A stretch of DNA of 64,000 nt from Sporopachydermia quercuum (Eukaryota): positions 186,001-250,000 of the forward strand of contig BCGN01000011.1 in the NCBI GenBank assembly GCA_001599295.1, given 5' to 3'. Position 1 is the stretch's first letter. Each line of letters begins with the position of its first letter. The notes under the pieces are model-generated. The model was not told the DNA's origin and did no database searches. It worked only from the letters and a program-made list of their open reading frames with translations. Position numbers and translations under genes: made by a program. Positions 11,568 to 25,393 of this stretch are shown here, piece after piece.

Positions 11568-13184
11568 TATTCCCGACTTTCTTAGATGATTGGAAAATAT
11601 TAGAGAGAAAATCCTGGAAGGCTTTAGAAGTAATCTCAATATATTAATTAAGTAAAGCAAAACAATAATAGTACATATGCCATTTAAATTGTTATTTAGA
11701 CCGAGGGCTACAATGATATTATTTATTATGTTCGACTTACTTTTGTGTAGAAAATGTGTCTCATATAACAGTATGCTTATGAGCTTATGCCTTAAGCCTA
11801 CAATGTAAGTGTCTACATAACAATTAACTCATCAACACGAGCATTTATTATTCATACAAAGCAATAAATATATGACAATTATTATCTGAGTACGATCATA
11901 TCTGAGTAATCTAATTCAACAATTGATTGATATTACAGAATGAGACATAGCTAGCATTTTGCAAGATGACCACCGGCAATAGCCAGATTCGCAGGAAAGA
12001 GGAGTTATTACCAAGTTGCATTTGAATATCCATTTGAGAAGTATATTAAAGCTTACATTGGCGGTGAGAAAACTAAACTTTAACCTTCTTCTACTACTTA
12101 CCAAATTGTTAATTGTAGGAAGGCGTCAAAGTGTCATTTGGTTTCAATCAACGACTTTTTATCGACAGTTCCTTATTTACATTTGAAAAAAAGAAAAGGT
12201 CTATAGAAGTAAGTTGTAGTGTATTTGCGTCATAGAGAGGTTTCATTCTTAATACTTCTCCCAATCAGCAATAAAACGACCTTTCAGTGACCTGAAAAGG
12301 AATTATTAACGGGTGGTATAAAACTTTCTTTATTTCTCTCGCCGCCTAAGATAATAATGATAATAATAATAATGTCAAATTATTTCATAATTGATTGTTT
12401 CATCACATATGGTGTCAATATGTCCTCCTAACGCAAAATGTATAGTCAAGTCAATGGAAAAACTCTTTAAAAGCGTTCGAATAACGACTACCAGCGAAAT
12501 GGGGTCCACAATCTTTCCAAAATATTAATTATCTAGGAACATTGTTCCTAACACTGTAAGCGCAGTATACAATTTTTCAAAACATTTCCACCTATTCTTC
12601 CGGTCACAAGAATAGGATATCTTCCATCAAATTTGTTAGCTCCGCAACCAATATTTCAGCTTGTACTACCAACAGAGCGTTCTTGGCTNATTGGATTAAC
12701 TAGATTAAGTAAGTGGTTTATGTTCTCAGNAACGATATCAAAAAGGATTTAGAAGCTGGGTTCAGAAGCAGACACAGGAACAAGAGTTGTAACATACATA
12801 TATCTTTTGTACAGTTTCAAAAAGTTGTAATATGAATAACCCTTTATATTTAAATGTACACCTTAGGTTATTCAGATAATCAAATAGTATAATACGTTAT
12901 ACTTATTAACTTTGTATAAGAATGATGTGTGTCTACACTTTGAAATACATTTTTTCAAGCTCTACCATGATCAGAAGAAGGTATTATAGAATTCCATCTT
13001 GGATCTAATCACGCATGGCTACTTTACTTTATATCAGAGGAGAACACAAATTTTTGGAACAATATTGATAGTAGTCTGTCTAAGCTAGACGATATATGAT
13101 CGATGCCCCACAAGCAGAAGTGTTAGAAAGTGTTAGATGACACAATAATGTAGTTATAAATCTAACTATGAGGATATAGTTCAC

Positions 13185-13970
13185 AAAACCAGATACCCAG
13201 TTTGGTTAAGTGATTTCTTATCTCAATAGACGTAGTTGGCTGGTGAACCTAAAAAGGCATAGTATCAAGCAAATTCTCAATAAGTGTTTGTTTGATTGGC
13301 AAATTGGATCCAATACAAATNAATATATTCACCATTCCCCACGTCCCTGAAGCTTACAGAAATAACTATTTGTTTGAATTCGGGGTTGATACCTATGCAT
13401 CAAACAACAAACAGCGGCTTTCCACCTCCGAATGCTATTCCAGTGAGCTTTACCATGACCGAGATGTGGGACATCTACGGAACGGGGAATATAGACTTTT
13501 CAACTGGAATTTCTCAGCTTTTCAACTGGAATTTCTCAGCGGTTACTAGTCATTATCACCTAAGTGCACTTTGTTTCTGAGTCCAACAAAAACTTCGTTT
13601 CTTGGTGCGCAGATCATAGGATTAGGCCTTAACTACCTGAGTAAGAGCAATGCGAAAGGCTACCGAAAACATCTTCCAATCATCGTACAAAACAAGATAC
13701 GAAGGGATTAGTTTTTCTTGGTGATCCTAATTTTGGAGGTGAAATTTGACTCTGAAAAATTCCAGTATGGAGCTATTTGTAAGGGATGCTGATTAATCAT
13801 CATTTTGATAATCTCTCTGGTTTGACTTATGCTTTAACAAGCATAAGCCCAATATAGGTGAGATGCGGTTGTCATCAAATTCGGGACTTTTGCCAAAAAG
13901 AAAAAGAAACAACTCATTCAATTGTCGGTTTGGATTATGGTAGTTTAAGAGAGCTGTCTAAACAGGCTTA
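13185..13970 (+). mobile_element. Highly degenerate Ty3/gypsy-like RT (and possibly RNase H) remnant
   Basis: Frameshifted peptides WIQ..IYSPF, ICLN...GFPPPN...IDFSTGISQL and LSPKC.LF....TSFLGAQII..G...GYRKHLP follow gypsy RT motif order; YxDD core absent. Confidence 0.5.
13496..13539 (+). repeat. 22-bp perfect tandem duplication CTTTTCAACTGGAATTTCTCAG x2
   Basis: Read directly. Confidence 0.95.
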
Positions 13971-15662
13971 ATAAGCCATTATAGGCTTAAATTGTGAAGC
14001 GCAACTCCTTCCTTATTAATCGGTTAGCGCCTTTAACCCTTGTTTTCGTTTCCTTCTGGGGCCAATACAAATTTCTTAGCTGCCCAAAGGACCCTATGGT
14101 GCTTCAGTCGGTGAAAGTAATGTTTCTAGTTCACACTAGTTCCTTGCAAATATAACATGTCCAGATCTCAGTTATGGAGCCTGCTATAATTCGAGAAATA
14201 GAACAATTCTAAGGAAATAGAGTGAACTTGTAGGGTACATGAAGTAAAATACTTTGGTCAAATAGCCTATTGTAGATGAATGAAATATTCAGGTCGGGAA
14301 CATAATCTGAATTGATGGTTCAAAATGTAGTCTTCAAATGTTATGCTGTTAATCCTCCCTCCTACGGAAGTGCCACTCCATTTTATTGTTGAACCCTTTG
14401 TCTTCTCCCCTTTTAGTGCATCTCCACTTTGTATTCAGCCTTCCCATTGATGACATCTGATTAGAATGGGACGAGGACCAGTCTAAAGATTTGATTTCAA
14501 TCAGTTCTCACATTCATCATCTCCATTCCAAACATGAGGAACTCCTCCTGTTCGAATGGACGGTTGTAGCATACTTTTGTGAACTAATCATGTGTCATGA
14601 ACATTNACATGACTGTATTAGATAGCACTCTTTGGTCATACTTCCTCAAATATGCCCACAGAGATGTTTTCGGAGAAACCTAAGAGCAAGCCACCTAGAA
14701 AGCAGTTATATCTCAGAATTATTTACATACTTCTATGGAGTGCAGAAATAAATATCCGTACTAACATTTTTTGGGTAATTTGTAGTCCTCAATTTAGCAA
14801 ATTGGACAAAGCTACGCAGAAAGAAATGTTGACTATGCACAAAGGTATTTGATTTGGTCTTTAGTAGTGTCTTGGAAGAAAGGACTATTGGTAATTGCAT
14901 CTCTGCCAATACCCCGACAAGAGCTATTCAGGCAGCTCTACTGCAGTTGAAATGGATGTCTACCTAAACCTTTCCCCAATGGTGAACATGTGAACTGGAG
15001 GAAAAATATATACGAAGCAGCGTCTACAGTCAGCTTTGATGGTTGTCTTTCAACTACAAGATATATTTTGACTTCAAAAATCTCCTTAACATTGAAACGT
15101 TGTTGAGTTTAAAAGACAAAAATACAAAACATGGTAATGGCAGGTTGCTACTATCTGGTTGCAGGATTGCTGCAGAATGCCTACGGGTTGTGTTTACAGC
15201 ACGGGGTCTGTAAATACTACAGTTCGAGTATGACTTTATTCTATAAAATAATCTATAGGTTATCTGTAAAAGCAAGTATAAGCTAGTCAAAATTTTCAAT
15301 GAGTCCATTTCTATGAAGGATATATATATTGGTATAGCCATACTCTGGAAGTTGGGATTCACCACTGTGTCATAGTCGTGTGAATTCGTTCTCAGTATTT
15401 AGGAACATATTATCGCCAATGGAAAACGGATTTAAAGAATCTAGTTCAATAGTGGCAGTTCCAATTTCTAATACCGATTCTTGTTGGAAAGTGAGCATTG
15501 TTACAATTGAGATCTCAAAACTGTTGGTGTCGCAGAAAGTAGTTGAATAGATCCTGTATATATATAGTAAATATGTATCATACGTATATAATAAATATCA
15601 TCATACATGCTTTTTCCTTTTGAAAAGAACTTGAAACTAGAGATTCCTATGCCACAGACTAA

Positions 15663-15758
15663 TTATTTTTGAAGAGGGGGTACTATTATCCAGACTTTGC
15701 ACGCGATCAGCTAGATTGTAGTTGTGCCACAACTTTCCGTTTATGCTTCAAGGTAAAA
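15663..15758 (+). mobile_element. Possible gypsy integrase Zn-binding domain remnant
   Basis: LFLKRGYYYPDFARDQ...FRLCFKVK resembles L.R.YYWP.M..DV....C..CQ..K; same strand as and downstream of the RT remnant. Confidence 0.3.
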
Positions 15759-18165
15759 CTTGGTCGAGCAATAGAACTTGTCTCGATTTATCGGTGTTGT
15801 TCATTATATTAGAGAGCAATAAGACTTGACTTATATCATCTGGCAACATCCAGTTTGATTGCCAAACGATAGAATACATTCAAGGAAGGTATCTTTTATT
15901 ACTTTCACAATCCACATTTCTCACTAAAACTCTAGCATTAACAGTTCAACGTGCAAAACCTTGTGGATGAGCCACGCAAGAACAAGAGGAACAGTTCAAT
16001 CGGTATCTTTTTTTGACTACCCGAATTCAATACACTATAATGAATAATGAAGAGTTCAGCAAACGTACTGAGAAGCTATCTGGAAAACAAGTTTGAGACA
16101 AAGTTGAGGAATATTATTATGAACGAAGCTTTTTTGAAGATTTTATTGAACTTCTATCGTCTGTCAAGCCTTAAACCTGGGCTTCGTTCTTTCTTTTTCT
16201 CATATTTGTAATATCAATGTGATTTATTGTAGATTTTAATTGTATGATTGTTATGAGTAGTACAGTACATTCAGAGCTTTCTAACAAATCAAAGCTAAAG
16301 AGGTCAGATATACAGTAGAGTGACATGAATCTTCCCGAAAATTATAACACTTTTGGTGGTTTGGGATCCTATGCTGCCTTGCATATTCCAGTGAGCAATC
16401 AAACAAGAACTAGGCCTACAATAGAAGGTCCAAATGCTTTAGTTATTTTTCTTTTTATAGATATATAAATGCTTTCAGTCTTCGTTTGAATAATGAAAGA
16501 GTTTATCTCATTATACTGTTTCGCAATTTATAACAAAATGCTGGATCGTTATTGATATTTGTAATCTCTTCCCTGAGAGGTAATTCAGTCAGAATTTTTC
16601 CACAATCACTACAAGCGTCTGGTTCACACTAATAATTGGTCTGACAAAGGTTTCTAAGTTATCTATCCTTAAAGAAAATAATTAAAGTATTCCACCTCAA
16701 AGTCTGCATGAATCACTTATCTGTTCCATCATCACAAATTGGGATTTGAAGGAGATATGAAATGGAACTCTCAAATATATGTTGTTGTTTTTGTTTCTTC
16801 GTTCTTTGAATGTCTAATCCAAATGAACCAGTTTGAAGCTTTAGAACTAAGCAGGCGGTACCTAAGATTTCGGATCGTCCTGAAGTAAAACAAAAACATA
16901 NTATATATATATATATACAAAGAATATAAAAGGTATATAAATGTGGTAGATTTGACGATACCTAAGAATTGGACATCTTATATGTATAATGGATGTATAT
17001 TGGTCTGTTGGGGTTGCGTTAAAAGAATTGTACGATAGGGAAGTATCTAAGAGCGGATCATCATGGGAAAGCCAAGAGACAAACAAGCTAAACTCGAAAC
17101 TATTTGAATTGCAATAATCAATCAATATTGATAAATAACTGGGCTTAATCTTTGTTTATTGAGAGCAATATTTATGAATGATCTATACGAAAGAAAATTC
17201 ACTTATGGTCCAAGAGAAATTAATTCATAAGCAGTAAGTATTGATTAATTCAAGCATCCAGATGGAGACTCCAAAATCAACATTTTGATCACATANATAT
17301 AATATATCACGTGATGATGCAAACGTTAAGTAGATTGAGCCTATAATGATCTCCTATGTTGCATGCAATCCATTCATTTCCGAAAATTTGATTCAAATCC
17401 TATCTTGAAACAATCAAAATCGAGCTCTTATTTCTTATGTACTCTCATTTATTGATATATTTATACTTTTTTGCTTTTCTCTCTTACTTTATTATAATTG
17501 TAATTAATAATATTTTGACATAGACTAAAAACCTAAAATTTCTTCTTATATCGATCTGCAATTATCTTTTGTCCCATATCAGGTGTGTAAATTGAATGTG
17601 ACACCGACCAAGTATCTTAGAAGGCTGGGTAGATGTAGAACGCACGAGCATATAGCGTGCATTATTATGCATGAAACTCTAGCTCCTCATTTCTGTTTAT
17701 TTTATAGTAGCAGTCTCCTCGATCCCCAAACCAATCAAGCAAAACTAATCAAGCAAGTTCTGCTTGATTAACTTACTTAACAAATTCATTATTAAAATAC
17801 TTGTGCACTNTTTTTCTGTTTTTTGTACTTATTGGTCTATGTTTTCCTACCTCAGCTTGCAGTCAGAGTATTCAGTGATGACAAATAATGGATGATCGAT
17901 ACGGATATAAAGTTTATGATGTCCCAAAGGGTCAAACCTTACTCACAAAAATACATCATGTCTCCCTGAAGAACAGTTTGTCCTTTCCTTGTCACTCAAT
18001 TGAAGGTCAAACAAAANTTACATTTGTAACACTATCAAAACACAATCACATTAACCAAACCCTTCGACTTTGAAGGATGTGTGTAGATTACTACTGTTAA
18101 TTGTTACTAAAAACTCAAAATACCATTTGAAGCTGGTTTAAAGGGCGATTGACGGTATCGGAAAC

Positions 18166-21100
18166 ATGTCTTCATCTGAGCCAGCAGGCTCTGATCAACC
18201 GTTTGATCAGAGCAAAACACAATCGTAAGTATTAATTTGTATTGTATGGTGAAAACTGTCAATGCTGAGGTTATATATTAATGTTATTTTAGACAACTGA
18301 GTGAAAAACCAGAATTCAATATACCTTTTGCTCAACATACATATATGAGAGAGTCTTCGAGTTCGAGAGAAGATGATGAGGACGACATTTCTCCAATCAC
18401 ACCGTTGCATTCAGGGGCGGAAAGCTCTAGTGGACAGTCATCTCATGGTCATAATGAGGTATTTCCCCGATCAGTCTCACATTTGATGCATCATAATGCT
18501 ACTTCAACGACCAATTTATCCAAAGAACATTCAGAAAGGCATCATTCCAACAACTCATCCAGAGCAGCCAGTAGACAGGCGTCGGTGTACAGAATGACCC
18601 CTACTGAACAATATCTTGAAGCTTATGCACCAAATGCAGCCCGGAGACTGAGAAGTGCACGTACTCATATTGGTAGTTCAGTGGGCCTAGAGGGGTTTGC
18701 CTTAGGAGAGCTACATAGTTCAAAACCTCGCAGATCACCCTCAATATCAGGGATTGATATGAAAGAATCCAGTTCTAAAGTCGGTGATGACAACGTGCCT
18801 GGTGAGTGGTTCAACAGAAGTAGTCATGCAGGAAATGCATCGTCTGCCTCTTCTTTTATAGACAAATCAGATGCGGCATCAATAATGACGTCTAAAAGTC
18901 ATAAGTCCAAGAAAGGTTTGTTGGGAAAGCTGATTCACTCAAGACGTGAATCAAGCATTGCTGAACTCAGTGATCAATCAGATGCTCCTGGTTCTGGCTT
19001 TTTCTCGTCTAGTCCCCGAAGTGTAAGATCCGGGGGTCATAATAGCGACCATATGTCACTATACAAGAGGGCAGATTCATTTCACGGCATGTCTTCTTTT
19101 CCTATCTCTGAATCCAAAAAACAACCTCCAAGAAAAAGTAGAAATCCTAGTCTCAGCATGACGAATACGTATCAGGATGTTGTATCTCAGAAAAGGTCAA
19201 ATACGGGGTCAAGTATCAAATCTTCAACTCACTCTCCTAGCATCTCTATCAATAACATAAAACCTCCACAGCAGGCATCTACATTTTCTTTAGATACTGA
19301 TTTAGAGCATATGGGCGGCATTATCAGCAACGAAGCTACTTCAGATACGTTTGTACCGCCTGTAGTGCCTATGAGTAGGGCAGTTTCAGTTATTGATTTA
19401 TCTGGGGATTCTATTTGGACTGCACCAGAAAGCTGGGATGTTAAAAATGATGCTGAAAATCCTGATTATGACGATAGCAATGGAGATGACTCTATTGTAG
19501 GAAGTCCTGACCAAACTGAAAATCCGACGGATATTACAGGCGAAACAGAACCTGGTGATGCGAAAGATACATCAGGTGAATCGAATAGAGAAACTGTAGA
19601 TATTTCATCAAACACAACTACAGATATCACTTCAGTAGGTGTAGCTAATGCGTCTTCCACAACAGAACATAATCCAAAATCAAATCGCCCTTCAGTTAAC
19701 AAAAATGTGAAATATTATACTATCAGAGTGTTCAGAGAAGACGGGACCTCAACACTTTCTTGTCCATTTGATATTACTGCTGGGGAGCTTGTTCAGCTCA
19801 TTGGGAAAAAGCTTTTCTTACCTTCTGTATCTAAGTATCAAATTTTCGTGAAGATTGGCAGTTTGACTAAAGCATTAGAGCCTAATGAACACCCCATTCG
19901 TGTTCAAAACAGGCTTTTGCTGTTTACAGGTTATACTGAGAAGGATAACTTGAACATTATTGGTCGTGAGGATTTAAGTTACCTGTGCAGATTCATATTT
20001 GGACCTAAGGCCATTAAGAATCTTACCGAAGAACAGGAACGAAGCATTTCTAGGGACTTTTCCCACGTTGACTTGAGAAATATGGAACTGACTGCAATAC
20101 CGATTACTGTTTATAAACATCAACAAGAGATTGAATCTCTTGATGTTTCATATAACCCATCAGTATTCATACCCTCTGATTTCATCCAAAGTTGTCGTAA
20201 TTTACGTACTTTCAGATTTGTTGGAAATAGGGCAGGAAAGTTTCCAATGACAATTTTGCAGGCAGAATCGTTGTCTACGTTGGTTTTCGAGCGAAACTTC
20301 ATAAAGGAAATACCATCTCAAATTTCACAGCTTACTCGTTTGACTTCTCTTGAATTGAAATGTAATATGTTGTCATCTCTTCCTGATTCTATAACTCAGC
20401 TTACATCGCTTAGATATTTGAATCTGTCATCAAATCATTTCAAGGAATTTCCAATACAAGCTACAAAGCTGGTGGATTTACTGGAGTTAGATCTGTCTTA
20501 TAATGAGATAAGTGTGATTCCTGACGAGATTGGAGATCTTACATTAGTTGAAAAAATCAATTTTGCAACCAATCAATTGACAAAATCTTTACCATCAACG
20601 TTTGAGAACTTGAAAAAGCTCAAAAGCTTAGATATTAGATACAACAGTTTACAAAATATTGATGTATTGGGAAAACTTGCTAATTTGGAAGAACTCCTTC
20701 TAAGCAAAAACACCATCTCAACCTTTGCTGATAAAATGGATAGACTAAGGGTGCTGTGTTTTGACAGGAATCCTCTGACAAACCTTCAATTTGAAGCATC
20801 TTTACCTCTTTTAATTGAGTTGAATTTGTCAAAGGCTAAGCTGACTAGCTTTCCCGAAAGATTTTTTGAAAAGATGCCTTCTCTTGAGAGGTTGATTTTG
20901 AATAGAAACCATTTTGTTACTTTTCCTGCTGAGATTGGGCTCCTTAAACATTTGAAATATTTGAGTTGCTATTCCAATAATTTGCATAGCCTACCACCTG
21001 AAATAGCAGAGTTACAATCTTTGACGTACCTTGACTTACATGGAAATAATTTAAGAAAGTTACCCGATGAGATTTGGTATCTTGGTTCTTTGGCGACACT

Positions 21101-24047
21101 GAATCTCTCTTCTAATTTGCTGGACTCGTTCCCTAAACCGCCAATGAAATTAACTAACATTCAATCTGTTGCTGGTTCTACAACAAAATTAGATGCTATT
21201 GCAGAAGATGACACGGCATCTTCAGCACATGAATCTGACTCGTCTGTCGCTAGTTCTTTGAAATTTCCTTCAAGGAATAATTCTGTTGCTGCATCAGGCT
21301 TAGGATCAAAATCAGAACTAGACTCAAAGAAACATTCAATTAGCGATGGATATTCTTTCCTGTATGTTCCAGGACTATTGACCTTGGGAAATAGTTTGAA
21401 ATATCTTAGTATAGCAGATAATGCGATAACAGATGATGATTTGGAAGAGGTAGCGCATTTACATATGTTAGTTACCTTGAATCTCTCTCATAATGATCTC
21501 ATAGATATCCCTTATGGTATATTGAGCCAACTAACTAATCTCACTGAACTTTACCTCTCAGGAAATAACTTCACTAGTTTACCTGCTGATGAACTAGAAT
21601 TATTACAGAATTTGAAAGTGTTGCATCTGAATGGTAACAGATTTCATACATTGCCAGCCGAACTTGGAAAGATCAAACATTTGTCTGTTTTAGATGTTGG
21701 TTGTAACTCATTGAAGTACAATATTGCTAACTGGCCTTACGATTGGAACTGGAATTGGAATTTGGATTTGAAGTATTTGAACTTTTCTGGAAACAAAAGA
21801 CTTGAGATCAAGAATTCTCATGTTTCAAACAGAGATAATGTCTCTCTCAGTGATTTCACTGCTTTGAGAAAATTACGTGTTTTGGGTTTAATGGATGTGA
21901 CTTTGACAACTACATCCATACCTGATCAAGGAATAAATTGTCGTGTGCGTACTTCTGCTACTGAACTTATCAATGGTATGGCATATGGATTTGCTGATAC
22001 ACTAGGTGTGGATGACTTTACATCTATTCGAGATATTACTTCAGAAAGATTTAGGGGAAATGAGGATGAGTGTTTTATAGCTGTTTTTGACGGAAAGTTT
22101 GGTGGTGAAGGAGGTCATAAAATCTCTAAGATCTTACAGGAGTTATTTGCTTCTCGACTGGCTGGAGAGTTAAACAAGGTAGATGAAAGCCAAGACCTTG
22201 AGGTAGAAGACGCTATTCGCAGAACCTTACTAGGTGTTCATCGTGAAATTGGTAGCGCACTAATGGTATCGGAGGAAGAAAGAGCTCATTTCACTCCTGC
22301 TCAAAAGGTTGTGACCAAAAATAATCTAGTCTCTGAAGACTCAAAGACCGGGTCGACGGCAACAATCATATATGTAAAGGGCAAGAAAGTGTTCATTGCC
22401 AATGTTGGTGATACCACAGCGTTTGTCACAAAATCCAATGGTGGTCGCCAAGCGGTAACAACTCGTCATGATCCCACTTCTCCTAACGAATTCGAGCGTA
22501 TCAGAGCAAGTGGAGGTTTTGTTTCAAGTGAAGGTAAACTTGATGGTGTATGTTCTATATCTCGAGGTGTTGGTTTTTTTCCTTTCCTTCCTCATATCAG
22601 TGCTGGACCGGCTATGTATGAGTTTGATATAACACTTGCTGATGAGATGCTTGTTATTGGCACAGCTCATTTGTGGGAATATGTTCCTCATCAAATAGCG
22701 GCAGATGTTGTTCGATCCGAAAAGGATGACCCCATGAGAGCAGCAGCTAAACTTCGTGACTTCGCCATTGCTTATGGGGCCTCAGAGAAGATAGTTGTTG
22801 TTGTACTTGCGTTAAATAGGAAGAATCGCAAATCGCGAAACGAAATGGGTGGTAATATCTCCGAAGAGCTTGCTCCATTCAAGAAACGTAACAGAGATAA
22901 AAGTATGCTTCCTGAAGACTCTTCTCTTGCAAGATTGGGAGGTGAAATTGACCCACCTGTAGGTCAAGTCGCTTTGGTTTTCACGGATATCAAGAATTCG
23001 ACCTTGCTATGGGATACGTATCCTGTAGCAATGAGATCTGCAATTAAAACGCATAACGAAATCATGAGAAGACAGCTGAGAATTGTAGGTGGGTATGAGG
23101 TGAAGACTGAAGGTGATGCGTTCATGGTATCATTTTCTACTCCAACAGCAGCACTTTTATGGTGTTTCAGTGTCCAATCACAACTTCTAATGGCAGATTG
23201 GCCTGCAGAAATAGTAGGCTCGTCGCACGGGTGTGAAATTATTGACGACGATAGCAGAATGATTTATCGTGGTTTATCTGTTAGAATGGGAGCTCATTGG
23301 GGATATCCTGTATGTGAAAGAGATCCGATTACCAGAAGAATGGATTATTTTGGACCAATGGTTAACAGAGCATCTAGAGTCAGTTCCACAGCTGATGGTG
23401 GTCAGATTGCTTTAAGTTCTGACTTTGTCATAGAGTTGAACAAATTACAGGAGGTTTATTGGGCTGTCACTGACAACGACTTGCCGATTACCGAAGCATA
23501 TGGAGATGATTTACCAAGCTATAAGGTTCACAGAGAAATGGAAGCTTTAGTAGATTTGGGCTGGATCATTCAGGAATTAGGAGAAATGAAATTGAAAGGA
23601 CTGGAAAGTCCGGAACTTATTTCCATGGTGTATCCAAAAAGTTTAGCGGGCCGAATAGCATATCAGATGGCTGAACAAGAGGCTATTGCAGAAGGAGATC
23701 CTGGTGATGAAAGAAAGGGTATAATATCGGTTGATAATCTTAAGTTGCTGACATCCATCACGTTGAAATTGGAACAAATTTGTTCTTTCTATAATGGTTC
23801 AAGAAAGGCCTCTCAGATCTCTGAAACACTATCGTCAATCCCGCCAGAAGCTGAATGTATAAGGTACTTCGATCATCTTGTCACGCGGCTTGAGAACTGT
23901 ATCACTGTGTTGAAGCTAAGACAAGTTACCACTATTGTTTCCTCAAATGGCGCTTCCAATGCAGGATCGCCAAATACACATGTTGATATTGGTGCTATAC
24001 TGGATGCTTTGTCAAGTCTAAATATCACTGTATCCGAAGAAATGTGA
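18166..24047 (+). CDS. CYR1: Adenylate cyclase; exon 1 18166-18224, intron 18225-18292, exon 2 18293-24047
   Basis: WTAPESW, Ras-association domain, long LRR array, PP2C-like domain, cyclase motifs VFTDIKNST, KTEGDAF, RMDYFGPMVNRASR; intron GTAAGT..TATTAAT..TAG splices in frame to the 18345 ORF. Confidence 0.97.
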
Positions 24048-24354
24048 CAACTGATTTCTAGTACTATTTACACTACTTTCAATCAACAATTATCTCCAAC
24101 AATATGTTAGATGGGTATTTTTACTGTCATCGTTTATGAAGAAATGGAAGAGATCTCGTAGTATATCAACATTGTTCTTGACTTTGAATAAAATTACTGG
24201 AGATAGCTCGAAGTGGAGTATGGTTGTACATAAACCTCCACATCTGGTGAATGAAACACGAAAAAGATGGAGAAATTCAATATATATATATATTTAGATG
24301 AGTCCTTTAAATGCATCTTCTTTTATTCATGTATCGCTAGAAGTTACTTTCCAT

Positions 24355-24969
24355 CTATTTAGCGCTAGATGTGTTCGTATTATGTGCATTGGTATTATTT
24401 GAAGGTTGAATTGTCTCCAATTCTATACCTGAAGGTCCCGTTTCAACATCAAGGGATCCTTCAAAAAATGTCGTTCTTAGTTCTTTCCATCTACTTGTCC
24501 AAGTTCCAAGAGAAACAAGTACAAATGCAGAAACCCCTTGTAGAATCCACCAAAGAGGCGATGAGGGAAGTTGTCTTGAATAAGCCCATACGACAAGAAA
24601 GTTGACTGTATGCAAAGTCAAAGCAAAATCCCAAGCTAGCTTACTGCGTCCAACGATGACAGTCATAAATACAACACATATCAGAGTATCAAGCAGCCAC
24701 ATACCACATAGTGTCCAACCCAGTGTATTTGTATTTGTAACATACGTCCAACTAAACACCCAGTCAAATGTGAAGGGATAACCGCTCATAACTGAGATCA
24801 GAATACAAAGAAGAAAGGAAACCACGTAATAGCATGTCTGCAATGCTATTATCTGAAACGATATTCTTGATGGTGAAAGGTAATCTGATTCATGGAATGA
24901 ATGTGATATCCCTGACACTATGGGTGTGTACTGAGAACTTGCCTTACTGAAAATGTCTCCTAAGCCCAT
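24355..24969 (-). CDS. SYS1: Golgi integral membrane protein Sys1
   Basis: P.RI..QII.LQ..YY, IVGRSKLAWDFALTLH, LP.S..WW, LGTW..RWKEL. Confidence 0.92.
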   Translation of the reverse strand: MGLGDIFSKASSQYTPIVSGISHSFHESDYLSPSRISFQIIALQTCYYVVSFLLCILISVMSGYPFTFDWVFSWTYVTNTNTLGWTLCGMWLLDTLICVVFMTVIVGRSKLAWDFALTLHTVNFLVVWAYSRQLPSSPLWWILQGVSAFVLVSLGTWTSRWKELRTTFFEGSLDVETGPSGIELETIQPSNNTNAHNTNTSSAK

Positions 24970-25393
24970 TGCAATAAATTCCTTCTAGAACTGTGTTGCT
25001 ACTAATGTGATAGCACTGGTTATTTTATCAAATGTAAACTGATCGGGCATAAAGGTAATTAGAGATTTATTTATCTCTTTATTGTGCGTTGTTAATCGTT
25101 CCTGAATTTTGGATACATATACAAACAGATACGTGATAATAAAATTATCAAATAACTGCCCAAATAGGAATATATGATAACGTGACTTGCATTACTCGTT
25201 GAGGTAGCCGGAGAAAAAATTTATTTATATAGAGGCTCTTTTCATACATCTTGGAAATGTGAAAATGTATTACTTGTTTACTATGGACGAAATATCTTTA
25301 GATAGACTAGCAATGACATTAGACATTCTAGTTCTGTTGAGGTTTGCTATTGACAAGGAGCGCTTTTGTCTATCGGTTGAACAATTTTAGACC

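Noticed and set aside
14300..15560. Protein-like fragments on both strands, including a faint Tc1-like GGRINSITFEDYIL
   Set aside because: Too short and interrupted; no DDE triad or terminal inverted repeats seen
17307..17395. Point-centromere-like layout: ATCACGTG, ~65 bp spacer, then TTTCCGAAAA
   Set aside because: The spacer is only about two-thirds AT rather than over 90%, the CDEIII left half does not match, and the host seems to lie outside Saccharomycetaceae. More likely a Cbf1-type promoter site; similar TCACGTGA sites occur near 42786 and 46823.
20400..20510. Possible CUG codon reassignment
   Set aside because: CTG encodes conserved Leu positions of CYR1 LRRs (YLN-CTG-SSN, LD-CTG-SYN), supporting the standard code
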